Source: Sphingorhabdus sp.
Lineage (GTDB): Bacteria > Pseudomonadota > Alphaproteobacteria > Sphingomonadales > Sphingomonadaceae
Direction of reading: 5' to 3'
DNA length: 64,000 nucleotides
NCBI RefSeq assembly: GCF_035329025.1
Contig: NZ_DAOLHN010000011.1
Coordinates: 353-64,352 of the forward strand
Positions 1 through 8,765 of this stretch are shown one piece after another (position 1 is the first letter of the stretch; the number at the start of each line of letters is the position of its first letter). A program made the translations under genes and the position numbers. The notes under the pieces were generated by a model, which ran no database searches, was not told the origin of the DNA, and worked only from the letters and a program-made list of their open reading frames with translations.

Positions 1-2160
1 ATTGCTGTGAATGATCGCCCAGGCCTCGGCATATGCATCATAGACCTTTATCTGCGCCTCGATCAGTTCATGCTCCAATATCTCATATTCGACACCCGCA
101 AAGGAGAGCGCACGGGCTGTGTAAAGGCCCAGTGATTTGAGATCGCGGGCGACCAGCTCCATCGCTGCAATGCCACCTTTCCGAATATCATCGACAAAGC
201 GCTCACGCGTCGCAAAGGCGGTCTCAGGTCCCCACAGGCCAAGCCGCGCTGCATAGGCCAAATTATTCACATCAGACGCGCCGGTTGCGGAGACATAAAG
301 GACACGCGCGCGGGGCAGAAGATTTTGGAGGCGTACACCAGCAACGCCCTGCTCACTGCCTTTGACCTTACCGCGGCTTCCCTCGCCGCCTGCAGCATTG
401 GCCATTGCATGGGCTTCATCAAAGGCAATCACACCATCAAAATCTTCGCCCGTCCAGTCGAGGATTTGCTGCAGCCGTGTCGCATCAGCGCGGCCCGACC
501 GGAGCGTCGGATAGGTCACGAACAAAATGCCTTCTCCCATTGTGACATTCTGGCCGAGTTTCCATTGCGATAGCGGCTGGACGTCGAGCGGCAAACCGCC
601 AAGCGAACTCCAATCGCGCCGTGCGTCCTCCAGCAGCGCTTCATTCTTTGACAACCAGATATGGCGGCGTTCGCCGCGCAGCCAGCGGTCGAGGAAAATG
701 GCTGCAACCTGCCTGCCCTTTCCGGCTCCGGTACCGTCGCCCAGAAAATAGCCGCAACGATAGACTGAGCCTTCTTCATGCGGCTGCAAAGTGCATCCAT
801 TGTCATGGGGCAGATAGAGGCCGGGAAGATCGCGCTCGAAGGCATTTGCTGCATAGACCAAGGTTTCGAGCTGCGCGTCGGACAGCAGCCCGTCAGCAAC
901 ACAATTTGCCATGACCAGCGGCTGGACATGGGGAATGGGTGCGGCAATCGAGCCCATCGCGACCGATTCCACAAGTGCCGTAGGGTGATTGCGCGCGCCG
1001 GTAATGATCATCCGGCTGGGCCGATATGGGAGATAATGACCGACCTGTTCGGATATGGGAGCCGCTTCATTGAGCGGCACAAACTCGAGCGCATGCGGTT
1101 CAGCAGCGTTGGATGAGATCGAAGGAGCCGGCGCGATTGGGCGGCTTATCGTTCGCGGCGCAACTCGCAGAGCGGGCCTTAAGGGTCGGGCGGGCACAGC
1201 CAGCGGCTGGCGCGAAGCACGAATCGGCAGGGCATCGACAAGCGACACAAGCTCACTGAAATCACCGATATGGCAGGTTACCGTGGCTCGGCTATCGTCA
1301 ACCTTTTCGAGAACGATAAGCCGCGTTGAAATTGAAGTTCCCGCACGTGCGAAAGCGCGATCCATTGATGCATTGAGCCGGACGGCAACGGGCATCCGCG
1401 AACGCTCGACAAAGGCATGGAGGTCGAACCATTCGGGCATGATCGCAACCGCCCTGCCGCCGACCGCCAATCGGGCGAGCGCAGAGCGCAAATGGCGAGC
1501 GCCCGTTCGGCCATCTTCGCCGCGTTCGAGCCCGACTGAATAGGGTGGATTGATCAGGACCGTATCCGGCAGGATCGCAGGATCGAGAAGCTCCTCGATG
1601 AGCTCACCGTCATGCATCGAAATCCTTACGTCCGGGAAGAGCGCATGGAGTGCATCGCGCCGCAAGACATGGATTTCATTGAGCGCAAGTTTGGAGCCGC
1701 TCTGCTTGGCCCAGAAGGCGAGCATGCCGGTTCCCGCAGACGGTTCGAGCGTCAGATTGCTGCTCGACAATGCAGCTGCACGCGCCGCAATCCAGGCTAG
1801 GCGCAATGGTGTCGAGAATTGCTGGAAGCGAACCTGTTCTTCGGACCGGTTATGCTGGATGGGGGTTAGGCTTTCGAGCTTGTCGAAGCAGGCAAAGGCT
1901 TCTGGCATTTGGCTATCGGGCGTGATCGAGGATGTCGCCTGCAGATAGAGGAGTTGCGCCAATTCCACCGACGCGTAGGTATCAGACAGGGACCAGCGGT
2001 TGTCTGCATCGGTTGCACCCGTCAGTCGGGTGAAGGTCTCTGAGAGAAGCTTGCGGGTGATTGGTACATTGGCGGCAAGATCGTCCGCAAGGCTGCGCGC
2101 AGCGGTGATTGCTGGAAGTTCGTTAGGCGAGAATTCGAGAATGAACGCGGGCTGGTTCAT
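1..2160 (-). CDS. Strawberry-notch-like methyltransferase/SF2 helicase fusion, N-terminal 720 aa (3' end beyond the window; absent from the ORF track)
   Basis: My translation from ATG 2160 (AGGAGG upstream) stays in frame to base 1. It shows QQFSTP, MTase motif I LEPSAGTG, motif IV INPPY, Walker A GDGTGAGKGR, DEAH and SAT. Confidence 0.9.
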   Translation of the reverse strand, partial: MNQPAFILEFSPNELPAITAARSLADDLAANVPITRKLLSETFTRLTGATDADNRWSLSDTYASVELAQLLYLQATSSITPDSQMPEAFACFDKLESLTPIQHNRSEEQVRFQQFSTPLRLAWIAARAAALSSSNLTLEPSAGTGMLAFWAKQSGSKLALNEIHVLRRDALHALFPDVRISMHDGELIEELLDPAILPDTVLINPPYSVGLERGEDGRTGARHLRSALARLAVGGRAVAIMPEWFDLHAFVERSRMPVAVRLNASMDRAFARAGTSISTRLIVLEKVDDSRATVTCHIGDFSELVSLVDALPIRASRQPLAVPARPLRPALRVAPRTISRPIAPAPSISSNAAEPHALEFVPLNEAAPISEQVGHYLPYRPSRMIITGARNHPTALVESVAMGSIAAPIPHVQPLVMANCVADGLLSDAQLETLVYAANAFERDLPGLYLPHDNGCTLQPHEEGSVYRCGYFLGDGTGAGKGRQVAAIFLDRWLRGERRHIWLSKNEALLEDARRDWSSLGGLPLDVQPLSQWKLGQNVTMGEGILFVTYPTLRSGRADATRLQQILDWTGEDFDGVIAFDEAHAMANAAGGEGSRGKVKGSEQGVAGVRLQNLLPRARVLYVSATGASDVNNLAYAARLGLWGPETAFATRERFVDDIRKGGIAAMELVARDLKSLGLYTARALSFAGVEYEILEHELIEAQIKVYDAYAEAWAIIHSN

Positions 2161-2251
2161 GGGTTGGGCCTCCTGAAAGAGGCCAGCGATCTTCGCAGGA
2201 TTGCCGACCGGGCCTCAGAAGACGAACGGCCTCCTCCACTCTACGCTGCCG

Positions 2252-3160
2252 TCAGGCAGCCGCAGTCGTGCCAAGCTGTTCTCGCAGCGCATCGTTCCAA
2301 TCATCGTCCGGACGGTCAGGCTTGTGCGGGATGATCGTTCGTCCGGCGCGCTCGTAAGCCTCCATTCCGCGCTTCAGCGCCAGATCGCCCCCTTTGTCGT
2401 TATCGACAAACAGATGCAGCTCGGTGACACTTTCGGGAATGGAGACGATGCCGAACCGCTCATTTCCGAGAGTGGCCCAGCAAGGAATGCCAAACAGCAC
2501 CTGCGCCGAAAAGGCGCTTTCGGTTCCTTCAGCCAGTCCCAGCCTTCCATCAATCGGATCTGCCAGACGGATGGCGCCTGCCCCAAATTGCCCCAGCGCA
2601 CGCTTGGGTTTGAAGAAATCAGCTTTGCTAGCGGTGACAGGGTCGAGGAATGTCCGATGGATAGCGACGATGCCGATATCCATTCGTACCGCGGCAATGA
2701 GTGCCGGCAGAAAGCGAACGTCGGGTTTTCGTCCCAACGGCGTTCGGTCGAGATACCGCAATTCAGATGAACGAAGTGGTATTGATCGATTGACGAGATA
2801 GCGCTCGGCAATCGTCCCCGCGAGCGGAACAGCTTCGCGCCAAAGCCTGCAAGCGTTGGCATCTGGTCCGAATGGCTTCGCGGCCATAGTGATCGGTCCG
2901 CCCTTCCCATCGAACAGATCGCGCGGCTGGATGCCATGACGCTTGAGGCCTTCTAGTACCTCATCGCTGGTGCAGCCCGCAAAGCAATGGAACAGGATCG
3001 CATTGCTTGTCAGCCCGACGGAAAGCGACGGGGTCTTATCGTCGTGGGCCGGACAGCAGCACATGCCCTGCCGGCCCGTCCAACGGCCGCCAAGCGCGTC
3101 AACAATCTGTCGTGCGCGTCTTTCGAGGGCAATGGGCACATGCTTTGCGGTCTTCGTCAT
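2252..3160 (-). CDS. Zn-finger + TOPRIM domain primase-like protein
   Basis: N-terminal CCCPAHDDKTPSLS...FHCFAGC zinc motif; TOPRIM AEGTES and FVDND; C-terminal DWND. Confidence 0.85.
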   Translation of the reverse strand: MTKTAKHVPIALERRARQIVDALGGRWTGRQGMCCCPAHDDKTPSLSVGLTSNAILFHCFAGCTSDEVLEGLKRHGIQPRDLFDGKGGPITMAAKPFGPDANACRLWREAVPLAGTIAERYLVNRSIPLRSSELRYLDRTPLGRKPDVRFLPALIAAVRMDIGIVAIHRTFLDPVTASKADFFKPKRALGQFGAGAIRLADPIDGRLGLAEGTESAFSAQVLFGIPCWATLGNERFGIVSIPESVTELHLFVDNDKGGDLALKRGMEAYERAGRTIIPHKPDRPDDDWNDALREQLGTTAAA

Positions 3161-3241
3161 CGATCATTCCTGTTGCCAAAGGCTTGCTGTGGCCTTGGCT
3201 GCCTCCACTCTGCGCCGTGTGGAGTTTTCCTACACATACAT

Positions 3242-3256
3242 GTTCATTGTATGTTC
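3242..3256 (+). promoter_or_regulatory. LexA (SOS) box, alphaproteobacterial type
   Basis: GTTCattgtatGTTC is an exact GTTC-N7-GTTC, in the divergent intergenic region between the primase and transglycosylase genes. Confidence 0.7.
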
Positions 3257-3287
3257 TCGCATCAACAATCGCGAGAAGGAATGAGTG

Positions 3288-3962
3288 ATGAGATATATCG
3301 CCCTGGGATTTTTCGCCGCACTGCCACTTTCAGCGGCTTTTGCGAGCGAACTACCGGATGAACCACAGGCTATAGTTTCGAGCCAAACGCCCATCGAAGC
3401 CTCCGAAACGTCCTCGCTCGGCTACCGAATCAATGACGCGTCGGGATTTCAATTGATTGAACATGGCCACTGGGCACCACCGCTGCGGGAAGAAGTGGCC
3501 GAACATTTGGCCAATGATGGCGGTCAACGCGGTCAGTTGAAGACGACTCCTCAGCCCAAGCCAAAAAAACCTCGGACAAATTTCCGACGAGCGGCATTTC
3601 TTCCTCACGTTTATGCCGCCGAAACCCGGTTCGGACTACCGGTCGGGCTTCTCGATGCTCTCATCTGGACGGAATCGCGCTACGATCCAACAGCAGTCAG
3701 CCATGCTGGTGCTGCAGGGCTTGGTCAGTTGATGCCCGGAACGGCCAAGGATTTAGGTGTCACCAATCGCTTCGATCCCTATGCCAACATAAGCGGCGCA
3801 GCGCGCTACCTGCGCCAGATGCTGGATCGGTTTGGCGTGGTTCATCTCGCGGTAGCAGCATACAATGCTGGACCGGGCGCAGTTTCTCGTGTGAGAGGAA
3901 TTCCTCTCAATGGTGAAACACCGTCCTATGTCCGGAATGTCCTGACATTCTGGCAAAATTGA
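3288..3962 (+). CDS. Lytic transglycosylase (SLT domain) with signal peptide
   Basis: Hydrophobic N-terminus; SLT motifs TES, GLGQLMP, AAYNAG, ETPSYV; AGAAGGA RBS. Confidence 0.9.
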   Translation: MRYIALGFFAALPLSAAFASELPDEPQAIVSSQTPIEASETSSLGYRINDASGFQLIEHGHWAPPLREEVAEHLANDGGQRGQLKTTPQPKPKKPRTNFRRAAFLPHVYAAETRFGLPVGLLDALIWTESRYDPTAVSHAGAAGLGQLMPGTAKDLGVTNRFDPYANISGAARYLRQMLDRFGVVHLAVAAYNAGPGAVSRVRGIPLNGETPSYVRNVLTFWQN

Positions 3963-3974
3963 TGTGGAGGCAAT

Positions 3975-4178
3975 GTGAGCTCGGGTGAAAGAATTCGCGT
4001 GTCAGGCCAAGTCAGGCAAAGCCGACGTGGGAAAATCGTAAAAACCGATGACAACACGATCTGGGTCATTGAGGTGCCTGACGACATCGAATTTCCTGGA
4101 TCGGGAAGCGTAATCGTCGAGGGCACCAAGATCGGATTTGATCGACTCCGGATCGATTGGTTCGGGCTGGCTGTCTAA
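3975..4178 (+). CDS. Small beta-rich hypothetical protein (DUF5818-like)
   Basis: 67 aa, GGAGG RBS, pattern RIRVSG..RRG..VKTDD..IW...G..VIVEG recalled as DUF5818-like; not verified. Confidence 0.6.
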   Translation: MSSGERIRVSGQVRQSRRGKIVKTDDNTIWVIEVPDDIEFPGSGSVIVEGTKIGFDRLRIDWFGLAV

Positions 4179-5437
4179 CGCCGAAACGGCAAAACTTGTG
4201 CGCCGAAATTGGCTGCTTCTCGTACTTCATCCAAGACTTCAACGGCCTTCAATTTAAATTCAGGAGCAAGATGTGCGTATCGCAAGGTCATTGCATAGTC
4301 GCTATGGCCTAGCAGTTCGCGAATGGTGTTTAGATCAACGCCACCCATCGCCAATCTCGATGCGAAATGGTGCCGCATGTCATGCCAGCGGAAATCTTCG
4401 ATTTGAGCGGCTTTGAGCAGTCGTCTCCAGGAGGAATTGACGCGATCAAAACGCTGGCCTTGCTCATTCATAAATACCAGGCCCGACAAATCATCGCATT
4501 GAGCCCGCCAGTTTAGCAATGTGGATGTTGCTTCGCGATTCAGCGGAATATGCCGTGTTCTTCTGGATTTGGCGGTGGCGCCCGTGACAGTCAAAATTCG
4601 CCGATCTAGATTCACATTCGACCATGTAAGATCAAACAACTCGCCGCGACGGCATCCCGTGTTGAGCGATAATAGAATGAGCGGTTTTACATGATCAGTA
4701 AACACGACATCCCTTAAATCTGGTAGGACAACATATCCACGCTCGGTTCTCCATCGATTGGCGGATTCCCGTTCGACCCTTCGGCTCTCTTCACGTTCTT
4801 CGATTGCTCTTCGCAACCGTCCTTCTTCGCCTGCGCTGAGGAAGCGCACTTTCAGACAATCATCAACCCGCGCCTTTTTGACCTTTGAAAGGGGATTGTG
4901 CGGCAAAATGCCCCAGTCAACCGCCCGATTAAAGCTCGCTTTGATTGACGCAATGTCGCGATTGATCGTTTGATTGCTTAATCCTCTTTCGACCTGTTGC
5001 CCTCTCCAGCGCTCAATATCGAGACCGGTTATCTTGTCGAGTTTCTTGTCAAGCAGCGATTTGAACGCAGTCTGCAACCGATTTACGTTCTGCTTCCAGG
5101 AGCGCTGGCTGGATTTGGCCCAGGCCAAGTAGTCGCCCTGAAGGAACGCGCGGTAGGTCGGAACTACTTGTTTGGGCTTCCGAGCCTCCATGGGATCTAT
5201 ACCCCGGTAGACATCCGCAAGTATCGCCCGCGCACTTTCACGCGCATCTGCTACGCCCAAAGCATCCGCTCGACCAAGCATGATGCGCTTTCCCCGCGCA
5301 TATTCACAGTACCAAGACTTTGTTCCAGTCGGTGTAATGCGAAGAACAAGTCCTTTGAGCCGCGTGTCACGATGCTCCACCATCGCGTTAGGAATTTGCA
5401 TTTTGTCGATCGACATTTGTGTAAATGCATAGCGCAT
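4175..5437 (-). CDS. Tyrosine recombinase/integrase with N-terminal arm-binding domain
   Basis: Arm domain D..LKGLVLRITPTGTKSW; catalytic TGCRRGE, K, HDMRH, LLGH, RYAH all intact. Start set to ATG 5437 (GGGGTG upstream); the ORF track start is 5482. Confidence 0.95.
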   Translation of the reverse strand: MRYAFTQMSIDKMQIPNAMVEHRDTRLKGLVLRITPTGTKSWYCEYARGKRIMLGRADALGVADARESARAILADVYRGIDPMEARKPKQVVPTYRAFLQGDYLAWAKSSQRSWKQNVNRLQTAFKSLLDKKLDKITGLDIERWRGQQVERGLSNQTINRDIASIKASFNRAVDWGILPHNPLSKVKKARVDDCLKVRFLSAGEEGRLRRAIEEREESRRVERESANRWRTERGYVVLPDLRDVVFTDHVKPLILLSLNTGCRRGELFDLTWSNVNLDRRILTVTGATAKSRRTRHIPLNREATSTLLNWRAQCDDLSGLVFMNEQGQRFDRVNSSWRRLLKAAQIEDFRWHDMRHHFASRLAMGGVDLNTIRELLGHSDYAMTLRYAHLAPEFKLKAVEVLDEVREAANFGAQVLPFRR

Positions 5438-5624
5438 ATTAAGAGCACCCCTCATGGAACAAAAAGGGTACTGGTGGTGCACTCATGGTGCAACTTGACG
5501 AAACAAAATGGAACATAATGGAAACACTTTGAACAACGATATTCATCTTTTCATATCGTTTTTCAGTTACTTATACAAGTATTTCCGTTCCATTAGGTTG
5601 CACTAAAAACACCCCAAAAGTCGG

Positions 5625-5669
5625 CTGGGGGTGTGGGGGTCGGAGGTTCGAATCCTCTCGTCCCGACCA
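5625..5669 (+). tRNA. 3' half only of tRNA-Pro(GGG), the att duplication; not a functional tRNA
   Basis: CTGGGGG anticodon loop, TGTGG stem, GGGTC variable loop, GGAGG-TTCGAAT-CCTCT T arm, CGTCCCG-A-CCA end. No D arm or 5' acceptor strand upstream. Confidence 0.9.
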
Positions 5670-5687
5670 ATTTTTCCCAAACCCCTC

Positions 5688-6659
5688 TTAAGCAGCTATC
5701 CGTTTCCGCACTGCCTCGGCCTGCGCCATGATGTTCTTGACGAGGTCTGCACATGTCGGGATGTCGTGGATCAGCGCCTGGCTCTGCCCACTGGTCCAGA
5801 TACCGCCATCTGTATCGCCCGCCGCGAGCACATTTTCACGGCCGCGCACGCCCGCCATCAATTCCTTCACATCGGCAAAGGTCTTGGTCGGGTCTTTCTG
5901 GATTTCTGCGACCTGCTCCGAAATCGCGTTGCGCGCAACGCGGGCGGTGTTGCGAAGGCTGCGTCCGACCAGGACCGTGTCGAGTTCGGTATTGTCGACG
6001 ATCTTCTGCTTCACATTCTGGTGAATGTTGGCCTCGACGGTCGCGCAGAAGCGGGTGCCCATATTGACGCCATCGGCACCAAGCGCGAGTGCCGCAACCA
6101 GGCTGCGGCCATCTGCCATGCCACCCGAAGCGATGATCGGGGTATCTGGCAGCGCATCGACGGTGGCGGGAAGTAACACCACAAGGCCCACATCATCCTC
6201 ACCGGGGTGGCCAGCGCATTCAAAGCCGTCGATCGAAATCACATCGACACCCTTTTTCACAGCCGAAACCGAATGGCGCACACTGGTGCATTTGTGGATG
6301 ACCTTGACGCCATTTTCCTTGAAACGCGGCAAGTGGTCGGTCGGCGCGCGGCCAGCGGTTTCCACAATCTTCACGCCCGAGGCGATGATTGCTTCACGAT
6401 AATCGTCATACGGAATCGGATTGATCGAGGGCAGCAAAGTCAGGTTTACGCCAAAGGGCTTGTCAGTCAGCTTGCGGGTCTTTTCGATCTCGTCAAACAG
6501 CGCCTGCCCGCTTTCAAACATATGCGCGGTGATGAAGCCGAGCGCGCCTGCATTGGCGACAGCCGCCACCAGCTCGCCATAGCCCACGCCGGTCATGCCG
6601 CCCATGACTATGGGGGTTTCGACACCGAACATTTCGGTGATGCGGGTCTTGATTGCCAT
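5688..6659 (-). CDS. Nitronate monooxygenase/FabK-like flavin oxidoreductase
   Basis: PIVMGGM, IDGFECAGHPG, PIIASGGMADG, GVNMGTRF. Confidence 0.9.
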   Translation of the reverse strand: MAIKTRITEMFGVETPIVMGGMTGVGYGELVAAVANAGALGFITAHMFESGQALFDEIEKTRKLTDKPFGVNLTLLPSINPIPYDDYREAIIASGVKIVETAGRAPTDHLPRFKENGVKVIHKCTSVRHSVSAVKKGVDVISIDGFECAGHPGEDDVGLVVLLPATVDALPDTPIIASGGMADGRSLVAALALGADGVNMGTRFCATVEANIHQNVKQKIVDNTELDTVLVGRSLRNTARVARNAISEQVAEIQKDPTKTFADVKELMAGVRGRENVLAAGDTDGGIWTSGQSQALIHDIPTCADLVKNIMAQAEAVRKRIAA

Positions 6660-6690
6660 TTATCCTTCTCCTGATCCTGTTATTTCTGAA

Positions 6691-7467
6691 TTAGTTACGC
6701 GCACTCTGCCCGTCATCGACGCGGATGACCGCGCCGGTCACACATTCGGATGCGGGTGATACGAGATAGAGCAAGGTGCTGTCCATCTGTGCAGGGTCGC
6801 AAACGCGCTTGCGCACCACATGCTGGCTGAGGTCACCGACGCGTTCCAGCATGCCGTCAAGCATTTCGGTTTTGAACATACCGGGGCAGATCGCGTTGAC
6901 GTTAATGTCATATTTCGCCCATTCGAGCGAAAGAGCCTCGGTCATCCGCGCAACCGCCGTCTTGGTAATCGCGTACAGCGCCGCACCATTGCCCGAATAG
7001 CTGTAATGCGCAACCGAGCTGATATTGACGATCCGTCCCGGCTTTTTCGCCGCCATCAACCGCCGCGCCACTTCGCATGAGAGGATATAGGGCGCACGGA
7101 GATTGACCCCGAGCACTCGGTCGATCAGCTCGACCTCCATCTTGTGCGCGCGCTGGGCATCCGGAATGCCTGCATTGTTGATGAGGATATCAACCGTTCC
7201 ATAGGCTTTTTCGAGCGTATCGACCGCCGCGAACAGCTGATCGGCATCGGTCGCATCCATCGGGATGCAGATTGCCTCGCCGCCTGCGGCGCGGATTTCC
7301 TCCGCAACCGCCTCGAGACGGTCGACGCGACGCGCCGCCAACCCGACCTTGGCTCCGCACGCGGCAAGCGCCTTTGCAAAACGCACACCGAAGCCCGACG
7401 AGGCACCAGTGACGAGCGCCACCCGCCCGTTCAAGTCATTCGACACATTGGGCAAGGGAAACGTCAT
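6691..7467 (-). CDS. SDR family oxidoreductase
   Basis: TGASSGFG, NNAG, YAITK; AGGAGG before ATG 7467. Confidence 0.9.
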   Translation of the reverse strand: MTFPLPNVSNDLNGRVALVTGASSGFGVRFAKALAACGAKVGLAARRVDRLEAVAEEIRAAGGEAICIPMDATDADQLFAAVDTLEKAYGTVDILINNAGIPDAQRAHKMEVELIDRVLGVNLRAPYILSCEVARRLMAAKKPGRIVNISSVAHYSYSGNGAALYAITKTAVARMTEALSLEWAKYDINVNAICPGMFKTEMLDGMLERVGDLSQHVVRKRVCDPAQMDSTLLYLVSPASECVTGAVIRVDDGQSARN

Positions 7468-7481
7468 CACCTGTCCTCCTA

Positions 7482-8741
7482 TCAACGCCCGGTGGGCAGG
7501 TCCTTGAACGGTACGCCCTTGTCGACGCGGATTTCACCGGGCAGGCCAAGTACGCGTTCAGCGATGATGTTGCGCAGGATTTCGTCCGTCCCGCCCGCGA
7601 TACGACCACCGGGTGATCCAAGGAACATCTCCTGGAAATCGGCATTTTCAACCGCAAGCGAAGGATCGCGGATGATGCCTGCCTGATCCTGCAAATCGAC
7701 CATGAATTCGGCCAGATCCTGCATGCCGGCTGCCTGCACCAGCTTGGTTACCGATTGCTCGGGCCCCGGCGTCTTGCCCTGCGACAGTGCGGTCAGCGAG
7801 CGCATACCGGTGAAGCGCAGCCCTTCGGCACGAACATAATGTTCGGCAATCTTTTCGCGCACCGTGCTGTTATTCGACAGCGGATCGCCATTTTCGTCGC
7901 GGATTTTCTGCGCTACCTGCAATGCCTTGATCGCACCGCCGCCGCGCGCACCGCCGCCACCGCCGACCGAGGCACGCTCGTTCATCAGCGTGATGATCGA
8001 CACATTCCAGCCATCGTTGAGCGCACCGAGGCGCTGGCTGTCCTTGATTCGAACATCGGTGAAGAACACTTCGTTGAAGCCACGCGCGCCCGACATCTGG
8101 TGGATCGTCTTGCACTGCACACCCGGCGACTTCATGTCGATCCAGAACATGGTGAGGCCTTTGTGCTTCACCGCATCGGGATCGGTGCGGACGAGGACGA
8201 TGCCATAATCGGCATAATGCGCGCCCGAGGTCCAGATTTTCTGGCCGTTGACGACCCAATCGAAATCGCCATTTTCATCGACGCTGCTTTCATCCTTGAT
8301 CGCACGCGTACGGATGGCTGCAACGTCGGATCCGCCAGCGGGTTCAGAGAAAAGCTGGCACCAGATGGTTTCGCCGCGCACGGCTGGGCCGACGAAACGC
8401 TTCTTGGTTTCGTCGTCAGCGGTCGCCATCACGGTAGGGATGCACATGCCAAGGCCGATCGCGAACGGGCCGCCAAGCTGCACGCCCATGCGCGATTCTT
8501 CCTGCGCAAAGATCACGCTCTGGATGGTGGTGCCGCCACCGCCACCCCATTCCTTGGGCCAGCGGATTTGTGCGTATCCAGCCGCAGCCTTTTTGGCCTG
8601 CCATGCCTTGCACGCATCCATCTGGCTTTCATCCTCGTCACCGAGCGATGCGCCCTTCACGCCGCGCGGCGCGTTTTCTTCGAGCCACGCGCGAACCTTG
8701 GCGCGATATTCGGCTTCTTCGGGAGTGTCGTTGAAATCCAT
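7482..8741 (-). CDS. Acyl-CoA dehydrogenase family protein
   Basis: WCQLFSEPAGGSD, NGQKIWTS, FNEVFF, IAGGTDEILRNII. Confidence 0.92.
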   Translation of the reverse strand: MDFNDTPEEAEYRAKVRAWLEENAPRGVKGASLGDEDESQMDACKAWQAKKAAAGYAQIRWPKEWGGGGGTTIQSVIFAQEESRMGVQLGGPFAIGLGMCIPTVMATADDETKKRFVGPAVRGETIWCQLFSEPAGGSDVAAIRTRAIKDESSVDENGDFDWVVNGQKIWTSGAHYADYGIVLVRTDPDAVKHKGLTMFWIDMKSPGVQCKTIHQMSGARGFNEVFFTDVRIKDSQRLGALNDGWNVSIITLMNERASVGGGGGARGGGAIKALQVAQKIRDENGDPLSNNSTVREKIAEHYVRAEGLRFTGMRSLTALSQGKTPGPEQSVTKLVQAAGMQDLAEFMVDLQDQAGIIRDPSLAVENADFQEMFLGSPGGRIAGGTDEILRNIIAERVLGLPGEIRVDKGVPFKDLPTGR

Positions 8742-8765
8742 TTTCTCGTTCCTTCCCTAAAAATT

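Larger units (their letters stand above)
1..5669. mobile_element. Right end of an integrative (probably conjugative) element inserted in tRNA-Pro(GGG); left end lies outside the window
   Basis: Intact tyrosine integrase next to a duplicated tRNA 3' half; MTase-helicase, TOPRIM primase and lytic transglycosylase genes typical of sphingomonad ICE/plasmid backbones; host metabolic genes resume right after 5669. Confidence 0.85.

Noticed and set aside
5625-5669. Complete tRNA-Pro gene
   Set aside because: No D arm or 5' CGGGACG acceptor strand upstream; only the att duplication is present.
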